From positions 38,688,001 to 38,752,000 of the forward strand of contig NC_073393.1 in assembly GCF_028641065.1 (NCBI RefSeq): DNA of 64,000 nucleotides, read 5' to 3'. Below, piece by piece: positions 12,578 to 25,904 of the stretch. The DNA is from Leucoraja erinacea (Eukaryota). The notes beneath the pieces are model-generated. The model had not been told where the DNA came from. It was given only the letters and a program-made list of their open reading frames with translations, and made no database searches. A program made the position numbers and the translations under genes. The stretch's first letter is position 1, and each line of letters opens with the position of its first letter.

Positions 12578-14202
12578 TAAATGGTAAATAAAATCAAAAA
12601 TGTCCATAGATCCTGGTGACTGGATTAATCAAGAGTCATACGGCACAGCCCAACTCCTCCATGTTAACCAAGATGCCCCATCTAAGCTAGTTACATTAGT
12701 CTGCACTTGGCCCTTTTCCCTCTAAACCATTCCTTCCATGTACTTGGACAGGTGTATTTTCAATGCTGTTATAGTATTTGCTTCAACTACCTCCTCTGAA
12801 CAGCTAATTCCATTTACCTACCAACCTCTGAGTGAAAAAGTTGCCCCTTGGGTTGCATTAAATCTCATCTCTCTCTCCTTAAAAACAAATGTGCTCTTGT
12901 TTTTGATTCCCTTATCCTGGATAAAAGTATCTGTGTGTTCACCCTATCGATTGCCCTCGTGATCTTATACACTTCTGTAAGATCAACCCTCAGCTTCCTG
13001 CATTCCAAGGAATAAAGTCCCAGTGTGCTCAACGTCCCCCTATAGCTAAGCCCCTCAGGTTCTGGCAACATCATCATGCACTGTGCAGGAAAGGGTGATA
13101 ACATGATACAAAGCATGAACATGAAAATAAACTTGGAAGTCAACACAAAATATATTCCTGATTAAATTAAGCAAAAGTTGGCCAGGAATATAGAGGGCCA
13201 AATGATGATATGGTAATTCAAAATATGGATATAATAGGCATACTGAATTATTGCATTTATATTATTAGACATGGGTGTCAGGAAAATAATGTTGGATCGG
13301 AGATGGTAGCATCAGAATTAAACTTTATTAAAACACAAAACAAAGTATGCGGAAGTGGCAGGTTGGAGCATCAGTTTGTGTTGCAAACTCACGCCTCTAG
13401 GGACTCAAGTTCAATGCTCGCATCAAATACTTTATAAGTGGGTTTGCACCTTCTCCTTGTAACTGTGGATTTCCCCACCTCAAAGATGTGCCAGTAGATT
13501 AACTAGCTGATATCAATTTCTCCTTAGTATTGGTAAGTTGATGGGATTCAGGGAATGAGACTGATAGCATTGTTGTATTGGGAGCTGGAATGGATCTGAT
13601 TTGGTTGAATGACCACCTTCATTATTGTAATAAGTAATGACACTGTGGAGCAACAACAGACCAGATGTTTCCATCTCTTGGTTATTAAAAAAAGTTAAGG
13701 ATTGTGCAGATATCCTGACCTTCCAAAATTTCCTTTAATTTGGAAGTGATTCTTTTGACTGGAAAATTATGCATATTACTTTGCTGCTTAGCAATATTTA
13801 GAATAAGAAGCCATGAAATCAAACATCATATTGTAAAATCATTTGTTTGGAGTTCAAGACAGAGTCACGAAACATCTTGAAACGATCTGAAAGAGCCAGG
13901 ATGGATTTGTAAACTGGGTCACCTGTGCCTGTTCAATCCGATTTCTTAAATAATATCTGAAGACATTCTCTGTGCACTATTCATTCAAAAAATAATCAAG
14001 GACCTTTCATTCAGCATTTAGTTAAGTCACTCATAAATGGCTATAATGTAAAATTATAACTCTCCCGAATTGACGAGAAAATATTGGCGTAGTTAAGAAA
14101 TTGGATGAACAGTACGACAGAGATTAGGGATAATGTACAATTCTCTCATTTGTTCAGAGTAATTATTGGTGCACCACGGGATCAGTGTTGGGTTCACAAC
14201 CG

Positions 14203-15055
14203 TCTATATACAACTAAAACTCTGATCTTGTGCTCTTCCGCTTTACACGGTTTTTCTATTTGCGCAAAAACGGTACGCGATAGCGCTACGATATTTCTCC
14301 AGGTTACTCAACGTTCTCCTGTGCTGCAAGTGCAACATGTATCGTTCAGAACGGTGGTATATTCTAAAAGTTATCAAGGTTTAAAAATCTTAAAAAACGC
14401 GCGTGCTCAGATTCCTTCATTCAGCGCCACGCAGATTGGTCTCTTCCGTCGGTCAATGCCACGGTCGGGATGGCGACGCACTTTCCATCCCCACTGGCAG
14501 CGGCCTGTCCCGCCTCACTCACAATCTCCTCTCTCCCCACCCCATAGTAACTTGTCTGTCGTCTTCCCCCACCACAGTCAGCGGCCGCAGGGAGGTGTGG
14601 TTCAGTAGAGGCCCTGGTCCAGTCTCTCCCTCTCCCCCGCCCACCCTCTGCGGCAATGGCAGTCCCGTCTACCTGCCGCCCAGGTCCGTCTCCACCGCCG
14701 CTGTGGTAACTCGCCCTCATGGCCTTCTCGGAGGACATCTTCTCCACCAGCTCATCAAAACTCGTGGAGAAGCCCACCGTGATGAACACCGACTTCAATT
14801 CCCCCCCCCCCGTTCCGCGGACCGGCAGCACCAGCGAGCAGGCGGGTGGGCAAGGCGGGGACGAGCCGAGCGGCAGCTGAACCAGAGGCAGCAGAGGGAG
14901 GGAGAGTCGGGTTGCAGGGTGGATGAGCAGTTTGTGTGCACACACACACACACACACAAATTGGTCCAATCGTCAAGTCAACGGGATCTAAACCACAGCT
15001 GACAATGAATTGCCTGTGGAGAAAGGAGCTGCAGATGCTGCTGTGACAGGTCTAG
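14203..15055 (+). mobile_element. Non-autonomous Helitron-like element with captured GC-rich sequence
   Basis: Starts TCTATATACAACTAAAACTCTGATCTTG and ends ggtCTAG|T. No TSD recognised. Shares 5' motifs with the element at 63508. Confidence 0.65.
14715..14798 (-). pseudogene. ALG13: Captured ALG13 exon-1-like fragment
   Basis: LKSVFITVGFSTSFDELVEKMSSEKAMR versus human ALG13 MKCVFVTVGTTSFDDLIACVSAPDSLQ. Followed by donor-like GCGAGT. Confidence 0.75.
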
Positions 15056-16229
15056 TCTAATATGTCATAAATATAAATACATTTGTTAATAAGATGGAGG
15101 CTTTGAGAATAATTAAATGCTCAGCTTTTACACAAATATGGGTGACTAATAAGTCTAAATTAAAATAATAAAAAAATTTAAATAGTTATACAGCATGGAA
15201 ACAGGCCCTTCGGCCCAACAGTGCCCATGCCAACCAAGATACCCCATCTACACGTCCCACCTGTCTGCATTTGACCCATATCTCTCTAAGCCTTTCTTAT
15301 CCATGTACCTGTCTAAATGTCTTTTAAATGTTGTATTAGTACCTGCCTCGGCTACCACCTTTGGCAGTTCGTTCCATATATCTATATATATGGATGGGAA
15401 GGGAATGGAGGGTTATGGTCTGAGCGCAGGTATATGGGACTAGGGGAGATTATGTGTTCGGCACGGACTAGAAGGGTCGAGATGGCCTGTTTCCGTGCTA
15501 TAATTGTTATATGGTTATATTATTATATCCTTCGCCATCTTTAATCTATGTCCTCTGGTTCTTGCTTCACCTGCTCTGGGTAAAAGACTCTGTACATTCA
15601 CCCCATCTATTCCCCTCATGATGTTACACTCTAAGGTCAGCACATCCTTCTGCATTCCAAGGGATAAAATCCCAATAGCTCAGGCTCTCGTCCTGGCAAC
15701 ATCCTCGTAATCAAGATCCTGATCACTGATCAAGATCCTGCTGTAATTTTTAGAATGATCTATGCTATCTACAATACCACCCCTTTGCGTGGTAATGCAA
15801 TGTTACTAATCATGTCTTCTACAGTGCTCACTGGTACATCGTGGCTTCGGCAGGTCTATATCCAAGGGGTCTTTTAAAAAGGAGGGTGTATTGTATATCT
15901 TGCATGTCAAGGTGTTTGCTGAATTTCTAGCAATGGCTAATCTTTAATAGCTGTAACTCCTATGGATTCACTACAGATCTGGATATAAGACACAGTGCTG
16001 GAGTAACTCAGCAAATCAGGCAGCATCCCTGGAGGGCATGAATATGTGATTTTGTTTTAGGATGGGGACCCTTCTTGACCCGAAAAATCACCTCTCCATG
16101 TTCTCTAGGGATACTACCTGAATCACAAGGCTGCTCCAGCACTTTGTGTCTATTTTTTGGAAACTAGCATCTGCAGTTTCTTGTATAATGGAAGCTGGAA
16201 ATGGCCTAAATATCCGAATATTTTTTTTT

Positions 16230-16545
16230 ATTTTAATTTAGAGATACAGTGCAGAAACCTAGCCCTTCGGCCCACCGTGTCTGCGCCGACCAGCGATCCC
16301 CGCACATTAACACTACCCTACACACACTAGGGGCAATTTTTACATTTACCAAGCCAATTAATCTACATACCTGTACGTCTTTGGAGTGTGGGAGGAAACT
16401 GGAGATCTTGGAGAAAACCCACGCAGGTCACAGGGAGAAATTACAAACTCCGTACAGACAGCACCTTGTAGTCGGGATCGAACCCGAATCTCCGGCCCTG
16501 CATTCGCTGTAAGGCAGCAACTCTACCGCTGCGTCATTGTGACCG
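16230..16545 (-). mobile_element. Same SINE family
   Basis: Reverse complement of the SINE, including gggatcgaaccc. Confidence 0.8.
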
Positions 16546-16769
16546 TGACTATGACAGACAAAGATAGACACAAAATGTTGGAGTAACTTAGTGGTGATTC
16601 ATACAGTGTTGAAATAAGCTCAACCTGCATTCATTCCACCTGCCTGCATTCGGTCCATATTCTCCAAAACCTATCCTTTCCATGTGTTTTTTTAAATGTT
16701 GTGTTAGTACCTGCCTCAACTATCTTCTCTGACATCTCATTGATATAGATAATATACATCACAAGCTAA

Positions 16770-17570
16770 TTGATATAGAGATTCCCTGCACCAAATCCTC
16801 AGGCACACTACCAATCAGACCTCCAGTCTGAAAAACAAACTTATACAATCACCCTCTGCTTCCATCCATGAAGCCAATTTTCTATCCAGTCAACTAGCTG
16901 TCTTTGGATCTCTTGCAATCTAACCTTCCAGCCCAGAGCAGCCTACCATGCAGAACCTTTTCAACAGCCCTGCTAAAATTCATATATACAATGTCTATAG
17001 CTCTGTTCGCATCAACCTTTTTGGTCACATCTTCAAACAACTCAATCAGATTCATGGGACAAGATCTCGTACATATAAAACCATGCTGACTGTCCCATAC
17101 CAGCCCTTGTCCATCTCAATGCGTGTGTATCTTATCCCTCAGAATACTCTCTCTAGTAACTTTCCGACCACAAATGTTAGACTGACTGGCCAATAGGCTT
17201 TTAAGCTCCTAGGCTTTTCCTTTCAGCCCTTCTTAAATAGAGGCACCCTCCAGTTTTCCAGCATCTCATCTATATTTAATGGTGACTCTGCTATTTCTTC
17301 TCTAGCTTCCCACAATGTCCTTGGGTATATCTGAACAGGCCCAGGAGATTACCTTGATAAACATTAGGACCTTCAGCATCTCCTCGACTGTAATACTGAC
17401 TGCTGTCAAGACATGACCATTGCCTGTTCCAAGTTCCCTGGTCTTCATGTCTTTCTCTGTGGTAAAAAAAGAGAAGTACTCATTGAGGACCTTGCCCATC
17501 TCCTGTGGCTCCATACCCAGTTGATTACGTTTATTCATGAGGGACCCTATTTTCTCTCTCTGGTTATTTC
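16770..17570 (-). mobile_element. Degenerate CR1-like LINE internal fragment
   Basis: Minus frame EMGKVLNEYFS.FT.EK, plus the reverse complement of QHGF and LIE.FE motifs. Confidence 0.7.
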
Positions 17571-17577
17571 TGGTTGG

Positions 17578-17890
17578 CAGCACAGCGGCACAGTGGCGCA
17601 GCGGTAGTGTTGGGCCTTATAGCACCAGAGACCCGGGTTCGATCCTGACTATGCACGCTGTCTGTACAGAGTTTGCACATTCTCCTTGTGACCGAGTAGG
17701 TTTTCTCTGGGTGCTCCAGTTTTCTCCCACATGCCAAAGACGTGCAGGTTTGTAGGTTATTTGGGCTTCTGTAAATTGTCCCTAGAGTAGGAGAGAACTA
17801 GTGTACAGGGTGAATGTTGGTCAGTGATTACTCAGTCGGCTGAAGGGCATGTATTTATGCTGTCCATGCTAAACTAAACTTAAACTAAAC
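17578..17890 (+). mobile_element. Same SINE family
   Basis: A and B boxes plus a (ctaaa)n tail. Confidence 0.8.
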
Positions 17891-20624
17891 TTAATCATGT
17901 ATTGTCTTTCCGCTGACTGGATAGCGCACATCAAAAGCTTTTTGCTGTACCTCTGCACACATGACAATAAATAAATAAAATCTTAAATCAGCCCTTTTCC
18001 CACCATGTGCTTAGCAGTACTTCGGGTCCCAGCCGGAAACGCCACGTCTATTTTCACCAGAGATGCTGCTTGACCCATTGAGTTACTCCAGCATTTTGTG
18101 TCTATCTTTGGTATAAACCTACATCTGCAATTTGTTTGTATTACTATGATAGATATCTTGCTTTTGAGGATGGTAACATCATTGAATTTCAGTTTGTATC
18201 TGAGCTAACAAGATTGTAGGACAGCATGCTCTTGAAATAAATGAAGCGTGTTCTGACTTTATCTATTTGTTATTTTGAGCAGACCTAATGGAAGCAGGTA
18301 ACCTCATTCCATCCTAGTTCATTGGGTTCTGCGGAGGCCAGTGTGAAATTTACAGTCTCCGCATTGGGTGGGGCAGGAGGTGCTTTTGGAAGACGATGCA
18401 TTCCTCGCATTGTTCACGGATCATGGGTTTTATGTGCAGATGACAAATGGGCATTATCAAAGTCCTCCTTCATGCTCCATCTCCCTTTTGAACAGTCATG
18501 AGCCAGGAATTTCTGTGAATCTGTGGGCCTTGGTGGTCGCAAGAACGACAACTAAGTTTTATTAACTTATTTATGTCAAAAATAACTTCTTGATTCGCAG
18601 GTCCTTACAAACACGTCTGGCCACAACGGTGGTCAGCACACAACTGCCGCGCAAAAGTGAAACCGCGCGAAAACAGCAGCCCCTCCCGAGTCACGTGACC
18701 GCGGCTTCCGAACGCCAGGTTCGATACCAGCAGGCGCCGCTACAGGCATGTTAAACTTTTCAAAAAAAGCTTTGTCAGCCACCTTCATTGTTTCCTCTGT
18801 CTTCCTGGTAATCTCTTGCCATCTTGCAACTTGGAATAGAGTGTCAGTGTCAAGAGTGAGTGAGCAATGTGGCTTGTCCATTGTAGCCAGCCAAGTGTAA
18901 TTTAAGGCCTACATGTTGTGGATGCTGCTGACATTGATTTGCTTATCCTAAAAATGATTTTGGACAATTTTAAGGGATAGCAAAACAGCACAGCCGTTTG
19001 TACTACTGCCCCTGGTTCCAGCGACCCAAGTCCAATATGGGTTATTAAATGTATGGAGTTTAAACATTCTTCCTGTGGTGTTGCAGGTGTGCTGCTCTCC
19101 TCTGTCCCAAAGATGTGCTTGTTGTTGATGTGCCATTGGCTACTGTATGTTGTCCCTCAGTGAAGGTAAATTGAAAAACAAATAAAGGGGAGTTTGTGGA
19201 TGTGTGTGAGAGAACAAGTTGCAGGGCTACAGGAGAAAAGCAAGAGAATCTTCCATGATTTTATAAACCTCTGGAGGTTCACCGCTTAGCCTCCTAGGCT
19301 GCGGGAGGAATAAAGCCCCAGCCTCTCCAGTCTCTCCTTATAGCCCAAGCTCCATTCCCGGTGAATCATTCTGAATCCGTTCCAGCTTAATGACATCCTT
19401 CTGTAGCTAGGGGACCCGAACTATACACAGTATAATAGGTGTGGTCGCCCAAAGACTTGTAGCATGGCACCTCAAACCTTTGCAGGTTGTACCTTTCAGT
19501 TGGCAGCCTCAGAGTCTTCCTTGGCCTCCAGGCTAATCTACCAAACCCACACCATCCGAACCAGAAAGAAAACATGTGTCCACATCTTATACATATCTTT
19601 TTTACTAAGTCTCGCCCAACAATTCTGCCCCCAAGCACCAATCTTCAACTTCCTCCCGCCCAACCAAAAGGTGCAGCCTATACAGTTTGGATGTTAACTC
19701 CTTGATCATCTACCTTAGTTTTCTCACCACTGCTGTGATAACATATGGCTAATTAATTACTTCTGAAGCGATGTTTGAGCTTGGTCTGAGCAGCAGGAGG
19801 GCACAATTGTAACTGGCCTTGGGTTACTATTGGTGCAATGATTATCTGTCTGATACACAAACATGAAGCCATTCTAAAGTATTTTGCCAATTGTTGAGCA
19901 TTTTGAACGTTGATGGATTTGTGAAAGGCACCGCTGGTGTGTCTTTTTGGTTTTTATATTTGGTGTTTCTCCATAATGGTACGATTTTATAGACTATTTG
20001 GTTCAGAAGGAAATTGGGCTCGCCGTTAACCCTTGTCAGTGGAAGCACCTTTATAGCAAAAAATATTGAAGAGCATTCTGAAGCAGAACATTGGAGGGCA
20101 GAAAATATATCTGCTGTCTTCATCATTAAAAGTCTTGCTACAGTGGTTTACAATATTTGGGCATCTCTCTTTCACAAAGACTTACTTGCTTTTCCTCTAT
20201 CGAGTGACATGATGTGTTTTTTCTACTGAAAGGTGCTGTAAAATAATGATACTGCAGTCATATTTTTGTATTTTTAGTAGTTTTCTGAACTAGTTGTGAC
20301 TCTGTCTCACTGTTACATAAGTATTGTTCCAGAAAACACTGCAGTGCAGTTATTGACCTCAATGACTAATCATTTGTGCTTTTTGTACTGCTGAATCCTG
20401 TAACTTTGGTATGCAATGAGCATCTGTTGTGTAAATCCCAGAGAAAACTCACATCAGCAATATGTTTTTGCCACCTTGTCAATGAAGGCAGTAACCACAG
20501 GCTGAACTCTAACAGGCTTTTTTTAAAAATAGGTATGCATCGATTTTAGTGGGTCTTTTTCCAGCTTGAATCCCATCGTTGTGCTGTTCAGGAAAATGAA
20601 ATGTATATGGTTGCCCCCATTAAA

Positions 20625-21290
20625 TTTTTTTTTTTTTTTTTTTTTTTTATTTTTATTCGAAGTACGGTAAATTACAATACTACACAACACATATATCTTA
20701 ATACATTTTTTGTACCGCTTCATTTTTTTTGAGCTTTAAGAAAAAAATAGAAGTAAGGAAAGTAAAGAAAGTGCGCAAGAGTCGTGAAGTGCAAGAGTGT
20801 TGGGAAAAGAAAGCCCCTTAGAAAAGAAGTTAGAGAAGGAAGTAAAGTGAGAAAGTAGACCCTAGAAAAGAAAGAAAAAGAAAGTAGGAACAATCGCTCT
20901 ATTATAACATTAAACTCCGCAGAAAGGGGACTACCAACCAAGTCTGTTTTTGTTGTTTTACCTCCCGTTACCAGGTCCTGATACCATTTATTTATTTATT
21001 TATTTATTTAAATTACTATTGCACCTCATGCTTGTAATAGGTGATAGGTCCAGAAACGTAGACCACGTCTTTTGGAATTGGTCTGCTTTACCTGCTAAGA
21101 GGAATCTCATCTCTTCCAGATGTAATGTTTCAAACATATTTGATATCCACATTTTTATTGTTGGTGTGGGCGCATTTTTCCAAAATTTAAGTATGAGCTT
21201 TTTTCCCATTATTAGCCCGTAATTGAATAAATTCTTCTGAAACACGTTTAGTTCAGGGTTACCTTCCGATATTCCAAAAATAATCCATTC
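20625..21290 (-). mobile_element. 5'-truncated L1 (ORF2 C-terminus, 3' UTR and poly(A)) with TSD
   Basis: Poly-T from 20625. Minus ORF GLIMGKKLILKFWKNAPTPTIKMWISNMFETLHLEE is typical of the L1 ORF2 end. TSD tggttRcccccattaRatttt at 20608 and 21291, at a TT|AAAA site. Confidence 0.85.
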
Positions 21291-21439
21291 TGGTTACCCC
21301 CATTAGATTTTAACGAATATGCTTTCTTTCTGAATTTTGACTCTAAATGAAAACCTGAAATGTTCCCGTTAAGAAGCATTGTGTAATCTGCATGTGAACA
21401 TTTTATGATGCCAACTTAGTTCAGGGGAATATGAACAGA

Positions 21440-22070
21440 TTCATTGAAAGGACAAAAAAATGACCAGTGGAAAATGTGGGGATATTCACTTTGTTGGAAA
21501 AATTGAAAAGCTGATTTATTTTATAATGTGATGAGAGATTTAAATATGTTGGTATTAAGAGGGACTTGGATGTAAGTAAATCACTGGATGTCAATGCGCG
21601 GGTACAATAAGCAGTTAAGAAGGCAAATACCCTTAATATCAAGCAAATCTTGGGATAGGTGAGACTGCATAAGGAATATTGTGTACAGGGTGGAGCTCTG
21701 TGTAAACGGAAGGATGTATGTATGAAGGACAGAGTGCAGCAAATGTTCACCAGGTATATTCCTGGGATGGTGGGATTATTGTATTAGCCATAAAAAGTAA
21801 AAAGGCATGTAATCTCCTGAGTTTAGAAGATTGAGAGGCGATTTCACTTAAACACACACATTTTGTCGATGATGCAAGCTGTTATGTGGTATCTAGAACT
21901 AGGCATCATGATGTTAAAGTCAAGGTCAGCCATTTCGGACCGACGAGAGACATTTCTTCACCCTGAAGGCAGTGAATTTATGGAATTCTTACTACGGGAG
22001 ATGTAGAAGCTTATTTACTGTCTTTTCAAGGCAAGAGCCAACAGATTTTTAGATACAAGTAGTATCACGG
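21440..22070 (+). mobile_element. Old CR1-like LINE 3' fragment
   Basis: Degenerate QxxFTRxIPG, FRRLRGD and AVNLWNS coding remnants. Confidence 0.6.
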
Positions 22071-23066
22071 AATGACAGCTAGGTGTAATCGTGACCAATG
22101 ATGTGTCCTGGTCCAACTCCATTGACACGGCAGCCAAGAGAAAGCATAGAAGTGCCTCTACAGTCCACCATGCAAACCAGCCTTCCCTTCCGCCCAACCA
22201 TCTATACTTCACACAGCCTTTGGAAAACAGCCAACATAGTCAAGGTTCACTCGCACCCCAGTCATTCTCTCCTCTCATCGAATAGAAAATACAAAACTGA
22301 AAGCACAACACACCAGATTCAACAACCGCTTCTTTCCCCACTGTTATCCCACTGTGGAGCAGATATCATCAAATGTGAAGAATTAATTCTCAATCTTCCA
22401 ATTTATCTCGTTGCGGCCCTCGCAATTTTTTAATTTGCTCATTCCCTGTAACTGTAACATCATATTCTGCACTCTATTTTCATTTTTGCACAACCTGATG
22501 TGATTATGTATGATATGATTTGCCTGAATAAACTCTATAAACTAAACTAAACATCGATGAAGGGTCTCGACTTGAAACTTCACCTATTCCATGTTCTCCA
22601 GAGATGCTGCCTGACCCACTGAGTTACGCCAGCATTTTGTCTCTATATTGCCTCATTCGAGGGCCTGAAAGAAATGTTAGCAAATGTTTGTAAAAACAAG
22701 GAACCGCAGATGCCGGTCTACAAAAAAAAAAGACATAAAATGTTGGAGTGACTTAGTGGATCAGGCATCATCCCTGGAGAACATGGATGTCTGGGTCATA
22801 GAAAAGAGGAACTGCAGATGTTGTAGAAAAAGAGGACCTGCAGATACTGATCCATGTTCTCCAGGGACCCTGCCTGACTCGCTGAGTTACTCCAGCATTG
22901 TCCTTTTTTTGTTAACTAAAGTTTACTCCTCAATCAATATTACTCAAACAGATTACTTGCATATTAGTTTCTTGCTTGAATCGTTGGCATGGTAAACCTC
23001 TTTTTGTAGTATGCAACATTGCAGTAAAGGGTTTTAGAAATGTTATTTTTGTTTATAAGCTTAATA

Positions 23067-23931
23067 CAGGTTTTCCGGCACCCTCAGTTCCAGAACCTTT
23101 CTGGATTATTTGTTTTTCTGGACCGACAGAGGTGATAATGAAACGACATTATACCTCTGGCTCGCTAATGACAACCCTCCCATATCCCTAAAGCACCACG
23201 GAATGACCTACCGACCCATCCCCAGCTGCCATCATCTCCCCGGCCGTTTAGAGCCCCAGCTTCCGACCCCACTCCCGACGTGCAAGGTGCACCAGCGAGC
23301 CCTTCTTCACCCACCAAAATTTGGCTAGGTCAGGATCTCTGGATAACACGGAGAGGAGACATCAGGACCGTTTCTCAAATTGATTCAGCCAACTGAGTTA
23401 CTCCAGCACCTCGTGTCGTTGTACTTTAAAACCAGCCGCCAAAACCACTAATCTTGGGGGAGTGGGGGGAGCCCGGTTTCTGACCTTCGGGTCACCGTCC
23501 CCTCCTTCCCCCTCCCCCCCAACATACTTCACCTTTGAAGCTACAGCAGGTGAGAGGGGAGGGAGGAGCCCCACAGTGAGGAGGCACACTGAAGAGCTAC
23601 AGTGTGAATCGCAACAAAAGCCGTGTGAACCGGTGAAGACTGGCTCGCGGCTGCAGACACAGCTTCGGTGCCTGGTTATAACATGAAACAACACAGTAGC
23701 CGACTGAAGGGTCCCTATGTCACCTATCCACGTTCTCCAGAGATCCTGTCCCACTGAATTACTCAGCACTTGGTGTCCTTAGGTGGGTGATGAAGGGCTC
23801 GCTGGTGCACTTTGTGTTGGGAGTGGGTTCAGAAGTCGGGGCCAGGGAAACAGTGTGAGCTGGGGATGGGTCGGCAGGTCCGTTATATCCAACATCTGTT
23901 ATAAGGGGGTCGTTAAAATGAGGGTTTACTG
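23067..23931. mobile_element. Tc1/mariner (Tigger-like) terminal fragments with nested Penelope repeats
   Basis: TA|CAGG start at 23067 and gagggtttACTG|TA end at 23931. The two ends do not match, so these are probably two separate fragments. Confidence 0.4.
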
Positions 23932-24226
23932 TATCGTCTTTATGAAATACTTAGGACAGGAGATTGAGAGCATAGTGTGTTCTTTCATGACGGAGGGACA
24001 CGATCAGAAAGAGCTTCAACTGAACTCCCGTAATTTTGTGCAGATTATACTGGTGGGCGGACTATCAGTTGCCTCAAAATCAGTGTTCAACCTGTATAGT
24101 AACCTGCTAATGGGGTGTTTTGTTAGATTTTGCTGAGCTGCAGAGTGAAATCTCTTTGTTAGCGATTGACGCTTTTGAATAAGCACCTTGTAAACTACTG
24201 GCTAACAATGATCCATTATCTTTCAG

Positions 24227-24383
24227 GTTCTGTGGGGAATGTTTGCAACCCTGCCTCCAAGTTGTGTCACCGTTGTGCCCACTTTGCCGCATGCCCTTTG
24301 ACCCCAAAAAGGTGGAAAAGGCCTCTAATGTGGAGAAACAGCTGTCGTCGTATAAGGCTCCATGTCGGGGATGCAATAAAAAG
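24227..24383 (+). CDS. RNF166: RNF166 exon 2 (157 bp)
   Basis: tttcag|G acceptor; FCGECLQPCLQVVSPLCPLCRMPFDPKKVEKASNVEKQLSSYKAPCRGCNKK; AAG|GTAATT donor. Confidence 0.97.
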
Positions 24384-24504
24384 GTAATTTAAAACAAAGC
24401 AAGTTCCTCCAAGTAAAAATTACGTTGTTTTAAAAATCTGAAAAAGTGGATTGTTAATCAATTTCAGTGCAGTTTACAGTTCTCATAGTCATATTTCTGT
24501 TACC

Positions 24505-24757
24505 AGTGGTCCGCGCTTGCCGCACCTAACGTGGTCGCTTGAGCCGACGGACTCGCGGGGGGGGGAGCCGGGGGAGTTGTGCGGTGGTCCCGACAGCTGG
24601 GCTCTGAAAAACTGACAGTGTTCAAAAATTCCGCGCGGCAACGGCCTACCGGCCCATAGCCACATTGAGGCCTTACTCACCGCCTCGACGGGCATACACA
24701 GCGTCTTGACGCCGTACGTCACGCGCGGACTTCGCTCGAACTTCACGTCACTCACTC
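24505..24757. mobile_element. CpG-rich internal fragment, probably from a DNA transposon
   Basis: Abrupt GC/CpG-rich block in an AT-rich intron, similar in style to the Harbinger-like MITE interiors. No termini recognised. Confidence 0.35.
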
Positions 24758-24929
24758 ATGCAGACAGTTTTGGACAAAGCTTGCCGCATGCAGATTGGGG
24801 GGGGGGGGGGGGAAAGCTGGACTGGAAGAGTAGGTGTGAGCTTGATAAAAAGTTGAATTGCACGAGCTAGACAAAAGGGAAAAGACAGTGGGTGGGGGAG
24901 TTGCAAAGGGGGGGGGGTGGTATAGTTGC

Positions 24930-25300
24930 CTAAATTTGGAGATTTCAGTGTTCATACCATTTAGATTGTAAACTACATAAGCAAAATATGAGGTGTTCTT
25001 CCAGTTTACATGTGGCCTCACTCTAGCAATATAAGGTCCAGGATAGAAAGGTCAGTATGGGAATGGGAAGAGGAGTTAAAATGGTTACCAACAGGGAGAT
25101 CAGGTAAAGCTTGGCGGACCGTGTGCCGAATCCACGCTTGGTCTTGCCGATGTACAGGAGGCCTACCGGCTTGTGCATCCATCACATCATCCTCTGACAT
25201 TTCCGTAACCTCAATATGATCCAACCACAAGTCACATTATCCCATCCCCACCCCTTTTCATCTTCCGTAGAGACCGCTCCCTCCATAACTCATTGGCAAA
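24930..25300 (-). mobile_element. Penelope-like GIY-YIG remnant with an adjacent inverted piece
   Basis: Minus frame PDLPVGNHFNSSSHSHTDLSILDL. Confidence 0.7.
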
Positions 25301-25904
25301 TCATATTGGGTATACTCTAAACATTGTGAATACTTTCTTTGCATCCAATATCTTACTTAGCAATAATTACATTTTTCAGCTTTGCCATTATGAAAGCTTG
25401 ACAAGCTATAATTTATAGGCATGACAAATTTACTTATTATTTCTAAGAAATTAATTCCCTTGTCTAGTCAGCTGTAGTCAAATAGTTGCAATAGGCTCAG
25501 GTTTGCTTAGAAAAATGAAATTTGACCTTGGAGCAAGCTTACGCATGCTCCACCATCTCAACGTTCAGTGATTTTTCTCTTTATTTTTCAGATACAGAAA
25601 CTGGTGGTAAAATATTATTGTCCGTGGGGTAAATATAGTTGTGTAAGAGTTATTCTTTGGCGCCTGGTGTGATGATGTTGTCCTCTGTTAGTGTGGAATG
25701 AGCCATATCAAGGTCCATGGTGTTCAGATGAGGAAGTTTTCACGAAGGATGGATTGTGTGACCAAGACTCAATAACAGTAATTACTTGACTTCCCTAAAT
25801 TAAGCAACACATTTCCAACAAAAGGACACCCAACATGGTTTTTAATTCAAATTGAAACAAGAAAAAATATTATTTTTCTTGCACTAATGTGAGAGAAATG
25901 TGCG

